Positions 24,161-32,631 of a stretch of 42,920 nucleotides of DNA are shown in pieces. Made by a program: the position numbers and the translations under genes. Position 1 is the stretch's first letter. Each line of letters opens with the position of its first letter. The stretch is from Coprobacillus sp. (GTDB taxonomy: Bacteria > Bacillota_I > Bacilli_A > RFN20 > CAG-826), in the NCBI GenBank assembly GCA_021203745.1, contig JAJQAP010000047.1, forward strand, positions 1 through 42,920, written 5' to 3'. The notes below the pieces were generated by a model. The model was not told the origin of the DNA. It did no database searches and saw nothing but the letters and a program-made list of their open reading frames with translations.

Positions 24161-25113
24161 TTTTGATATTTAAGTATTTCATTATCAAACCGAGAAACGA
24201 TATCGTCAATGGTTTTTTGATTAAAGGCTTCGATATTTGTGCAGCCTGAAGCAAATTCATGGCCTCCTCCACCGAGAGAATCAGCGATAGGTTGAACGGG
24301 GATAGTCTGACTACGGAACTCCGCTCGCATATGGTGATTTGGATATTCAAAGAAACCAATCCAGATAGGATAGTTCTCAAGCCATCCTAATGTATTAACG
24401 TAGCTTGCGGCTTCGTTAAGTGTAATGCCTAACTCCTTAAGAGTTTCCTTACTAAAGGCGATATAGATAACACCATGTTTACTCGTCTGGTAATTAGAGT
24501 AGATATATGTTTTAACGGTTAAGTCTTTACTCTCTTTAATGTTTAAAACGTGATAGATTTTGCTAATATCTCCACCTTGTTTAACAAGGTACTCTGCGCT
24601 GTCAAACATATGATCATAATGTGCGGCGTATTGAAACCTCCCTGAATCCGTAATAAGTCCAAGAAGGAGCATAGTGGCACTTTCTTTATTTATCTTTAAT
24701 CCTGTATCTCTAATAAAATCAGTAATAACCTCGCATGTTGAACAAGCATCGCTGTTAGATATATAGGGTCCAGGAAGAGGATCATCTTCACATATATGAT
24801 GATCGATTGTACATATAGCCTTACATAATTTATACCTTTGGTCTTCCACCATATAGGCATCTCGACAGTCGAGGACAATACCTAGTGACTTTTTAAAAAT
24901 ATCATCATCCACTGATGTGTCTGTTACACCAAATAAAGAGAAGAGGTTACTTACTCCTGAAGAGGATATATAGACCTTCTTACCCTTAAAGTTAGACAAA
25001 ATGATCTCTCGCATGGCAGTTGTAGACCCATAACAATCTCCATCAGGGTTTACATGACCAAAGATTACGATAGAATCATTATCGTCAATAAGATTAATGA
25101 TATCTTCAAACAT
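24157..25113 (-). CDS. nrnA: DHH/DHHA1 phosphoesterase, NrnA-like nanoRNase / pAp phosphatase
   Basis: 318-aa ORF with DHH motifs HVNPDGD, LDC.D, DHH (TIDHHI), GLITDSG, and DHHA1 GGGHEFASG. Confidence 0.85.
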   Translation of the reverse strand: MFEDIINLIDDNDSIVIFGHVNPDGDCYGSTTAMREIILSNFKGKKVYISSSGVSNLFSLFGVTDTSVDDDIFKKSLGIVLDCRDAYMVEDQRYKLCKAICTIDHHICEDDPLPGPYISNSDACSTCEVITDFIRDTGLKINKESATMLLLGLITDSGRFQYAAHYDHMFDSAEYLVKQGGDISKIYHVLNIKESKDLTVKTYIYSNYQTSKHGVIYIAFSKETLKELGITLNEAASYVNTLGWLENYPIWIGFFEYPNHHMRAEFRSQTIPVQPIADSLGGGGHEFASGCTNIEAFNQKTIDDIVSRFDNEILKYQK

Positions 25114-25118
25114 TTTAA

Positions 25119-25985
25119 TTAATTAAAGGCTTTACCAATGCAACCAAAGACTTCGCAGTGCTCACGTACCACCCTAGTGATTCCGTCTTTAGCGGGACCA
25201 AGAATCTTTCTTGGATCGTAAACTTCAGCGTCTTTTGCCACAACATCACGGAGAATTTCCGCAAATGCCATCTGACATTCGGTGTTAACATTGATCTTGC
25301 ATGTCCCACATTCAATGGCTTTTTTAATCTGATAATCTGGAATACCAGAACCACCGTGTAAAACGAGAGGCATTTGAACAAGATCTCCAATTTCTTTCAT
25401 TTCTTTAAAACCGAGTTTTGGTTCTCCGTGGTAAGGTCCATGAACACTACCTAACGCTGGAGCGACACAATCGATATCGGTTTCTTTGCACATTCTTTCA
25501 ACTTCACTTGGGATCGCGTACATACTTTCAGCGACCACTGTGTCTTCTTGACCTCCAACTCGGCCAAGTTCCGCTTCCACTGAAACGTAATGATCCTGGC
25601 TTCTTGCGTAGGCAACAACTTCTTTAACGAGAGCGATGTTTTCCTCAAGTGGATACTTAGAGGCATCAATCATAACTGAAGTATAACCCGCATCAATCAC
25701 TTTTTTGCAGGATTCAACACTTGATCCATGATCAAGATGAATGGCTACAGGTACAGTAATATTTTTATCCTTGATATAGCCTTTGACCAAGCTGACAACG
25801 GTATTTGGTCCTCCCATGTACTTGCAAGCGCCTTCACTCACACCGAGAATGACTGGAGCCTCAAGTCTTTGGACTTCATCGAGAATCGCAGAAACCCATT
25901 CGAGGTTGTTGATGTTAAACTGGCCCACTGCATAGTGACCCTCTCGTGCTTTTAAAAGCATTTCTTTCATACTAACTAATGGCAT
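25119..25985 (-). CDS. fba: Class II fructose-1,6-bisphosphate aldolase
   Basis: 288-aa ORF with [29 protein letters not shown] and CKINVNTE signatures. Confidence 0.93.
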   Translation of the reverse strand: MPLVSMKEMLLKAREGHYAVGQFNINNLEWVSAILDEVQRLEAPVILGVSEGACKYMGGPNTVVSLVKGYIKDKNITVPVAIHLDHGSSVESCKKVIDAGYTSVMIDASKYPLEENIALVKEVVAYARSQDHYVSVEAELGRVGGQEDTVVAESMYAIPSEVERMCKETDIDCVAPALGSVHGPYHGEPKLGFKEMKEIGDLVQMPLVLHGGSGIPDYQIKKAIECGTCKINVNTECQMAFAEILRDVVAKDAEVYDPRKILGPAKDGITRVVREHCEVFGCIGKAFN

Positions 25986-25999
25986 ATCTATTATCTCCT

Positions 26000-26443
26000 T
26001 TAATTATAAAAGTCTATAGAATCATCATCAGAAGTTTCATCTACGTCATAAGAGACTTCATCCTCGTCTCCACTGTTATCGTCAGAATCTTCTTCTAAAT
26101 CTATTTCTTCTTCATCCATTCCCATCATGTCGTAGGCGACTTCTTCTTCGTCCTCTTCGTCCTTATCCGTATCTTCAACATCGTTATAGACATCTCTCAT
26201 ATCGATATGAACTTTATCAAATGTTTGTCTTTCTCTTAAGTCCCAAACATTTTCCCCCACAGTGACAAAACGTCCATCGAGTTGGAAGTTTGTGAAGAAT
26301 TGAGCAATCCTGCTGTTAGCTTCTTCATTTGTCATCTCACATTTTTCTTTGACATATTCCCAAATCTTGCTAAAAGGTGTCTCTCCTTTGCTGACATTTA
26401 GTAAATAGTCATAGGCAACATCAAGTTCATTCATACAAAACAA
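26000..26443 (-). CDS. rpoE: DNA-directed RNA polymerase delta subunit
   Basis: 147-aa ORF with an N-terminal HARE-HTH-like region (...[26 protein letters not shown]). The Asp/Glu tail is extremely acidic, as in Bacillus RpoE. TTG start; an alternative ATG lies at 26434. Confidence 0.85.
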   Translation of the reverse strand: MFCMNELDVAYDYLLNVSKGETPFSKIWEYVKEKCEMTNEEANSRIAQFFTNFQLDGRFVTVGENVWDLRERQTFDKVHIDMRDVYNDVEDTDKDEEDEEEVAYDMMGMDEEEIDLEEDSDDNSGDEDEVSYDVDETSDDDSIDFYN

Positions 26444-26495
26444 AATTTCCTTTCTTAGTTATATCTATTTTAGTATCTTTTCTCTTTTACTTCTA

Positions 26496-28130
26496 TTACA
26501 TTTTATCCATTGGGGTCACTCCAATAAGATTAAAAGCATTTCTTAGGACTATTTTAGCACATTTTACAAGTGACAACCTCGATTTTGAAACATTGACATT
26601 ATCAAGATCGATAATCTTACACTTAGTGTAAAATTGATGAACTTCTTCACTGACATCTTGAATGTAATTTGTAATTTTATAAGGCGCTCTATCTTTAGAG
26701 GCATCTTTTACTACTTTAGGGAATAAAGACAATGTCTTTAAAAGGGATAATTCGATATCTTCTTTAAGGTATAAACCGGTGTTATCAGGTTCTAGTCCTT
26801 TTTCTTTAGCAAGATTTAAAACAGACGTTGCTCTTGCGTGAGCGTATTCAGCGTAGTAGACAGGATTAGAAGCGTTTTGACGGACCGCTTGGTCAAGATC
26901 AAAGTCAAAATGGACAGAACCACTTCTCATCGTGAAGTAGTATCTTGCGGCGTCTTTTCCCACTTCGTCAATTAATTCCTTCATCGTTATCGCATTTCCT
27001 GTACGTTTTGAGGCTTTTACCTCTTGCCCATCCTTCATAAATCTCACCATTTGAATCATCGAGACTTCAAGAATATCCTTAGAATAACCATGAATCATTA
27101 ACGCGGATTTTAAACGACTGATATATCCGTGATGGTCGCTCCCTAAAACATCAATCAATAGGTCATAGCCTCTTGATAACTTATTTAGGTGATAGACAAT
27201 ATCAGGAAGGAAATAGGTATACGCCCCATCGGATTTAACGATAACCCTATCCTTATCATCGAGGTAATCCGTAGTTTTTAAATAGGTTGCCCCTTCATCT
27301 ATATAACAATGGGGTTTTAAATACTCTATTTCTTTTTCAACAGCATGATCTTTTCTTATATCAAGTTCCGATGTATAAACATCAAAATGAACATCATAGG
27401 AGTCAAGTACTTCATTTATTTTATCTAGTTCTCTTTTAATTCCTTCTTTTTTAAAGAAGGACATACAGTCTTCTCTTTCTAAGAGTTTATCCCCGTATTC
27501 ATTCTTTAAGTCTTTAGCGATTTCTATTATATCCTCACCATGATATCCATCTTCAGGAAGAGTAAAGTCTAGACCTAATAACTCTCTATACCTTCCAATA
27601 AGAGAAAGAGCGAGGTTATCAATCTGATTACCAGCATCGTTAATATAGTATTCTTTTGTCACATCATACCCATCAAAAGAAAGGATACGGGCTAGAGAAT
27701 CACCCACAGCCGCCCCTCTAGCATGGCCGACATGTAAATCTCCTGTTGGGTTAGCACTCACAAACTCAATGTTGACTTTTTTATTCTTTGTTTCGCCTCT
27801 ACCATAATCAGTATCTTGCTCTAAAATAGTAGGAACGACATCAAGTATTGAGTCGCTTTTTAAGAAGAAGTTAATAAAACCTGGACCTGCGACTTCAAGT
27901 TTAGAAACGTTTTCGTTGTGAAAATTAGATATGAGAGAGTTAGCAAGTTCTATAGGTGATTTACCCACCTTTTTTGCGTATTTCATCGCCGTATTTGTGG
28001 AATAGTCTCCAAAAGACTTATCTTTACTAACTTCAATGACGATATCTTCAAGTGTTAAAGATAGTCCTTCTATTTTAAGGGCGTCGATAATGCTTTTCTT
28101 TAAACTATCTTGGACATCCATAATTAACAT
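26496..28130 (-). CDS. argS: Arginyl-tRNA synthetase
   Basis: 544-aa ORF with class I HIGH variant ANPTGDLHVGHARG, the Arg-tRNA-synthetase N-domain and a DALR anticodon-binding C-terminus. The start may be the MDVQD Met at 28121. Confidence 0.92.
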   Translation of the reverse strand: MLIMDVQDSLKKSIIDALKIEGLSLTLEDIVIEVSKDKSFGDYSTNTAMKYAKKVGKSPIELANSLISNFHNENVSKLEVAGPGFINFFLKSDSILDVVPTILEQDTDYGRGETKNKKVNIEFVSANPTGDLHVGHARGAAVGDSLARILSFDGYDVTKEYYINDAGNQIDNLALSLIGRYRELLGLDFTLPEDGYHGEDIIEIAKDLKNEYGDKLLEREDCMSFFKKEGIKRELDKINEVLDSYDVHFDVYTSELDIRKDHAVEKEIEYLKPHCYIDEGATYLKTTDYLDDKDRVIVKSDGAYTYFLPDIVYHLNKLSRGYDLLIDVLGSDHHGYISRLKSALMIHGYSKDILEVSMIQMVRFMKDGQEVKASKRTGNAITMKELIDEVGKDAARYYFTMRSGSVHFDFDLDQAVRQNASNPVYYAEYAHARATSVLNLAKEKGLEPDNTGLYLKEDIELSLLKTLSLFPKVVKDASKDRAPYKITNYIQDVSEEVHQFYTKCKIIDLDNVNVSKSRLSLVKCAKIVLRNAFNLIGVTPMDKM

Positions 28131-28621
28131 TTGTAGCTAAGTAAGAGTGTTGCCGTGGCGCTTACCGCTTCTCCTTTCCCTATTTCTCCTAAGCCTTCGT
28201 TTGTGCCTGGTTTGATCGATACATAACTAGTGCTAGATAAAAAGTCTTTTAATAAGTCATTGATGTTTTTTCTCATCTTTTCAATATATGGGTTAAGTTC
28301 AGGTTCTTCAAGTTGAACACATATATCGATATTTTCAATAAAATACTTTTCTTTTTTTAGTAGTTTTGATACTTCTTTAACAAAGTAAGATGATTCTTTA
28401 TTTTCGTATTGAGGATCGGTGTTAGGAAACATAATCCCAATATTGCCTTTTCCCATCGCTCCAAGAAGAGCGTCGCATAAGGCATGATATATAACATCAC
28501 CATCAGAATGAGCCTCTTCTCCTTTTGAGTAAGGAATAATTACCCCTCCTAGAACAAGAGGACGACAATCCACAAGTTTATGGATATCAGTGCCTAAACC
28601 TATTCGATAACGCATTCCCAT
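28124..28621 (-). CDS. ispF: 2-C-methyl-D-erythritol 2,4-cyclodiphosphate synthase
   Basis: 165-aa ORF with RIGLGTDIHKL, AHSDGDVIYHALCDALLGA and IGIMFPNTDP, all diagnostic IspF motifs. Confidence 0.9.
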   Translation of the reverse strand: MGMRYRIGLGTDIHKLVDCRPLVLGGVIIPYSKGEEAHSDGDVIYHALCDALLGAMGKGNIGIMFPNTDPQYENKESSYFVKEVSKLLKKEKYFIENIDICVQLEEPELNPYIEKMRKNINDLLKDFLSSTSYVSIKPGTNEGLGEIGKGEAVSATATLLLSYKC

Positions 28622-29733
28622 TATTTTGATACATTGAAACGGAAGAAGACGACATCACCATCTTTGATGACGTAGTTTTTGCCTTCGGTTCTTACCTTTC
28701 CTTTTTCTCTGACTGCAGTTTCACTTCTTAACTCTTGGATAGCTTCATACGGATAGACTTCCGCACAGATAAATCCTTTTTGAAAATCGGTGTGGATAAT
28801 ACCTGCGCATTCAGGAGCAAGACTTCCGTTTTTAAATGTCCACGCGCGACATTCATCCGGTCCGACAGTAAAGAATGTCGATAAATTAAGAAGTTTATAT
28901 GTCGCTTTTATGACTTTTTCGAGTCCTGATTCTTCAATATTTAAAGACTCGAGGTATTCTTTTCTATCTTCCGATGAAAGCTCCGCAAGTTCACTTTCTA
29001 TTTGACAAGAAACTGGAATTGCTTGGTTACCCTCGTTTGTGGCGTACTCTAAAACCTTTTGATAGTTTTCACACTTGTCTAGGTCAAGAAGATCATCTTC
29101 ACTGACGTTAGCAACATATAATATTGGCTTTAAGGTTAGTAAAGAATAGTTAGCCCTCATATAGGAAAGTTGATCTTCACTGAATGAAAGGTTTCTTGCG
29201 GGTATCCCTTTTTCAAAGTTTTCTTTTAAGTAAGTAAGAAGTTCCACTTCAAAAACGGATTCTTTATCTTTGGTGGTCCTTGCTTTTGTGGCGACTTTTT
29301 CTAGACGTTTCTCAACAAGGTCTAGGTCCGCCATAACGAGCTCGAGATTAATAACTTCAATATCTCTAATGGGGTCGACACTTCCATCAACATGAATAAT
29401 ATCTGGATCGGTAAAGCAACGGACAACTTCCACCACTGATTCGCATAGTCTTATATGAGAAAGGAACTGGTTACCTAAACCTTCTCCTTTTGACGCTCCT
29501 TTAACAAGACCCGCTATATCGATAAACTCCACTGTTGCGGGGATTCTTCTTTTTGGATTAAAGATTGAACATAGATCATCTAGTCTTGGGTCAGGAACAT
29601 TGACCACACCAGTATTGGGGTTAATTGTCGCAAAGGGATAATTTGAGGCTTCAACATGTGATAAAGTTATCGCATTAAATAATGTGGATTTTCCTACATT
29701 TGGTAAGCCTATAATTCCTGCTTTTAAAGACAT
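28621..29733 (-). CDS. ychF: Ribosome-binding ATPase YchF (Obg-like)
   Basis: 370-aa ORF with G1 GLPNVGKST, a coiled-coil insert and the C-terminal TGS-like domain (RAWTF..G..APE.AG.IH.DF..GFI.AEV). Confidence 0.93.
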   Translation of the reverse strand: MSLKAGIIGLPNVGKSTLFNAITLSHVEASNYPFATINPNTGVVNVPDPRLDDLCSIFNPKRRIPATVEFIDIAGLVKGASKGEGLGNQFLSHIRLCESVVEVVRCFTDPDIIHVDGSVDPIRDIEVINLELVMADLDLVEKRLEKVATKARTTKDKESVFEVELLTYLKENFEKGIPARNLSFSEDQLSYMRANYSLLTLKPILYVANVSEDDLLDLDKCENYQKVLEYATNEGNQAIPVSCQIESELAELSSEDRKEYLESLNIEESGLEKVIKATYKLLNLSTFFTVGPDECRAWTFKNGSLAPECAGIIHTDFQKGFICAEVYPYEAIQELRSETAVREKGKVRTEGKNYVIKDGDVVFFRFNVSK

Positions 29734-29781
29734 AATAAGATCCTTATAAGATTATATAATAAACTTATAAAAATGCAATTA

Positions 29782-32631
29782 TTATCTCTTAATGGCATCA
29801 AGGGGATTTAGGGAGATGATCTTCTTGTAATTCAGGGCGGCCGCAAGAAGAGATATCCCAATTGAAACAATAAACATTGTAAAAATGGCCCATAAAAATG
29901 AGAGCGAGAAAGTCAAAGCGTCAAAACCTAACTGAACCACTAAAACGACAATGACTAGTTCAACGATAGAAAAGAGAAATGAAGTCAGTGACAGGTTAAG
30001 AGAATAACCAATAACGAGTTTAAATGATTCTTTAGCGTTTACTCCTAAACACCTAAGAAGACCAAACTCCTTTTTATTCTCGACGATTAAAAAGTTTGTG
30101 GTAGTAAAAATTAATAGAGCAGCAGCAATAATTGCAACAATAGAGAAGATTAAAATACCAATCGTAATGTAGTTTGTTACCTCATTAACTGAAGCAGATA
30201 GATCTCTTAATGGGGAGTAGACATTAAAAGCGGGAAAATAGTTTTTTAATAGTCTTAAAGATGAATCAATTTTAGAGGCATCTTTAGCGGTCAGTGATAT
30301 AGAATGGGGGATAAGACTAAAGGAAGAAACCTGAAAACGGCTCATAAAATAGGTCACTATCCAAGGGGAGTATTGATAAATGATTGGTCTATCATCTTCG
30401 ATTATCCCGGTAACTGTTAGGGTGCTATATTTAAAAGACTTTCTCACAAAGTTATCGGATTGATAAGTTTCCTCGTAGTTATAGGCAAAGTTAAGGGGAC
30501 GAACAGGAAGTGATTTAACACTCATCCCAAGCTTAGTAAGTAAACCTGTAGACACCACAATTTCATCAGGACACCCAGGTGATTTACCGATACTTATCAG
30601 TGACTCGTCAAGAGGATAAAAAGTCACTCCCTCAGAACTCGTTAATGTGTAATAACCCTCTAAAACTCCAGCAGGCATGCTGAATTTGATGTTTTCTAGG
30701 TATTCATAATAAGAAACTTGATCGACGACATCAAGCACTGCATCATAGTCAAAACTAAAGTATGATTCGCGGGCAAAACCGCTCATATAGTAAGTACCAT
30801 ATATTGCATATCCCATATCCGTTCCATAAATGATAGAATCAACATTTTTGTCTAGTTCAAGAATCTGATTACCTATATAGGGGGAGATATAGGTTTCATT
30901 GTTCTCGTAGAGGATGATTCGATTATCATAGATATCGGAGTAGTCAGAATAGTGAGAAAAGTAATTTTTACTCGCGCAGTCAAAGAAGATGTTTTGGAGT
31001 TTCTTCTCATTCACCAAAAGGTCAATAAACTCATCTCTTTCTCCTCCTGTTTCATAGTAATAGACTTTCTCCATTGTCGTTTTATCGGAGTGGGGGGAGT
31101 TTATACTTAAGGAAGAGGGGAAAGTCATGTATTCCTCAAAAATATACTCGTTCCACAGGTGATTATAATGGTAAATACAGTCTTGTGTCGTTTCAAAAGA
31201 GAAACCCACAACCTGTAAAAGGATAGAGTCTTCATATGTCCCATCCTGCGTTTTGTGAGCGGGCCATGAGTTATTTTCAACATTTAGATAAATATATAAA
31301 CCTTCCTTTGAATTTTTTATATAATCGCTTAATGGTTTTATACCGGTACCACCATCGGTCCAGGCAATATCTAGAAGGTGATCTAAAGACCGAATAGACG
31401 AGATAGTTAAACCTAAAACCACTTGATCATCCTCTAGTGTTTCAGGAAGGGAGGGATAAACTTTACTTGGGGTGTATTCATCGAGCCATATAAAGTCGTT
31501 AATTGAGGAAGCGGTGAGGTTAGTCACACTTTCTTTATATGCAGGGCCGTATAAATAAAACTCATTTACGTCTGGAAAGAAGTAAGAATAATCATTGAGG
31601 TAAGTCACTCCGATATCAGAGATATATTCAGGATATAGACTCTTATATTCTTTGGCGCTGTTATAGGATAGTCCTTGTATATCCCTAAATTTATTATAGA
31701 AGTTTGTGTCATCAATAATGATTTGATCCTCACCAATCAGTTGAGAATAAGAGGAAGTAATAATTCCAGAAACACACTCAGAGATAACAAAGGCGAGACC
31801 CACTCCTACAAGACCAAGAGAGATAACAGCTTTTGAGAGTGTCGTTCTCCACTTCTTCCGTTTGTTATATTGCTTGATATGGTTTCTAATAAAGGATGAT
31901 GGTAATTTACCAGTATTTTCTGGAGCCTCTTTTTTTGCCTGTAACAATGATTTAGTGACTATTTCATAGTTATAGGTTTCAACTTTTTCTACCTCTCCAT
32001 CTTTTAAATAGACAACCTGGTCAGGATAGGTATCTACAAGACTTTGATCATGGGTCACCATGATGACGAGTTTTTTCTGGCTAATGGTTTTTAATAGTTC
32101 CATCACCACTTTTGCATTCTCTTTATCTAGAGATCCTGTCGGTTCATCCGCGATTAAAAATTTAGGTTTGGTTACTAGGGCTCTTGCGATAGCAACCCTT
32201 TGCTTTTCTCCTCCTGATAAGTCAGAAACATAATTATCTTTAAGAGTGTCTACACCACACATCTTTAACGTGGATAATACTTCTTGGAGGTTGGCGTCTT
32301 TTTTCTTAACGTCGATAACATTTAACGGGAGAGCGACGTTATTAAAGACCGTATCGCTTTCAAAGAGTTTAAAGTCTTGAAAGATAAAACCAATATCGTG
32401 CAAACGGAACTCACTCTTTTTATCTTCTTCAAGAGGTCCATAGTTTTTACCGTTTATTCTAATTGTCCCTTCGTAGTCGGTTAATGTGGATATACAGTTT
32501 AATAAGGTAGACTTACCAGACCCACTTGGACCAAGTATCATAACAAGACCTTTATCTTCAAATTCAAGGTTAATATCCTTTAAAACTTCGTTATTTTGAT
32601 ACCTTTTTGTAAGGTTTTTAATCTCAATCAT
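29782..32631 (-). CDS. MacB-type fused ABC transporter (N-terminal ATPase + FtsX permease with ~520-aa extracytoplasmic domain)
   Basis: 949-aa ORF with Walker A GPSGSGKST, signature LSGGEKQRV and Walker B FLIADEPTGSLD. One TM follows, then a long hydrophilic region, then three C-terminal TMs (FtsX topology). Confidence 0.85.
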   Translation of the reverse strand: MIEIKNLTKRYQNNEVLKDINLEFEDKGLVMILGPSGSGKSTLLNCISTLTDYEGTIRINGKNYGPLEEDKKSEFRLHDIGFIFQDFKLFESDTVFNNVALPLNVIDVKKKDANLQEVLSTLKMCGVDTLKDNYVSDLSGGEKQRVAIARALVTKPKFLIADEPTGSLDKENAKVVMELLKTISQKKLVIMVTHDQSLVDTYPDQVVYLKDGEVEKVETYNYEIVTKSLLQAKKEAPENTGKLPSSFIRNHIKQYNKRKKWRTTLSKAVISLGLVGVGLAFVISECVSGIITSSYSQLIGEDQIIIDDTNFYNKFRDIQGLSYNSAKEYKSLYPEYISDIGVTYLNDYSYFFPDVNEFYLYGPAYKESVTNLTASSINDFIWLDEYTPSKVYPSLPETLEDDQVVLGLTISSIRSLDHLLDIAWTDGGTGIKPLSDYIKNSKEGLYIYLNVENNSWPAHKTQDGTYEDSILLQVVGFSFETTQDCIYHYNHLWNEYIFEEYMTFPSSLSINSPHSDKTTMEKVYYYETGGERDEFIDLLVNEKKLQNIFFDCASKNYFSHYSDYSDIYDNRIILYENNETYISPYIGNQILELDKNVDSIIYGTDMGYAIYGTYYMSGFARESYFSFDYDAVLDVVDQVSYYEYLENIKFSMPAGVLEGYYTLTSSEGVTFYPLDESLISIGKSPGCPDEIVVSTGLLTKLGMSVKSLPVRPLNFAYNYEETYQSDNFVRKSFKYSTLTVTGIIEDDRPIIYQYSPWIVTYFMSRFQVSSFSLIPHSISLTAKDASKIDSSLRLLKNYFPAFNVYSPLRDLSASVNEVTNYITIGILIFSIVAIIAAALLIFTTTNFLIVENKKEFGLLRCLGVNAKESFKLVIGYSLNLSLTSFLFSIVELVIVVLVVQLGFDALTFSLSFLWAIFTMFIVSIGISLLAAALNYKKIISLNPLDAIKR

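Noticed and set aside
25115-25390. 91-aa ORF and other small ORFs (25158-25361, 25418-25669, 25728-25955, 24138-24380, 24696-24878) overlapping fba and nrnA.
   Set aside because: They are out-of-frame or antisense overlaps with highly conserved genes, and there is no independent support for them.
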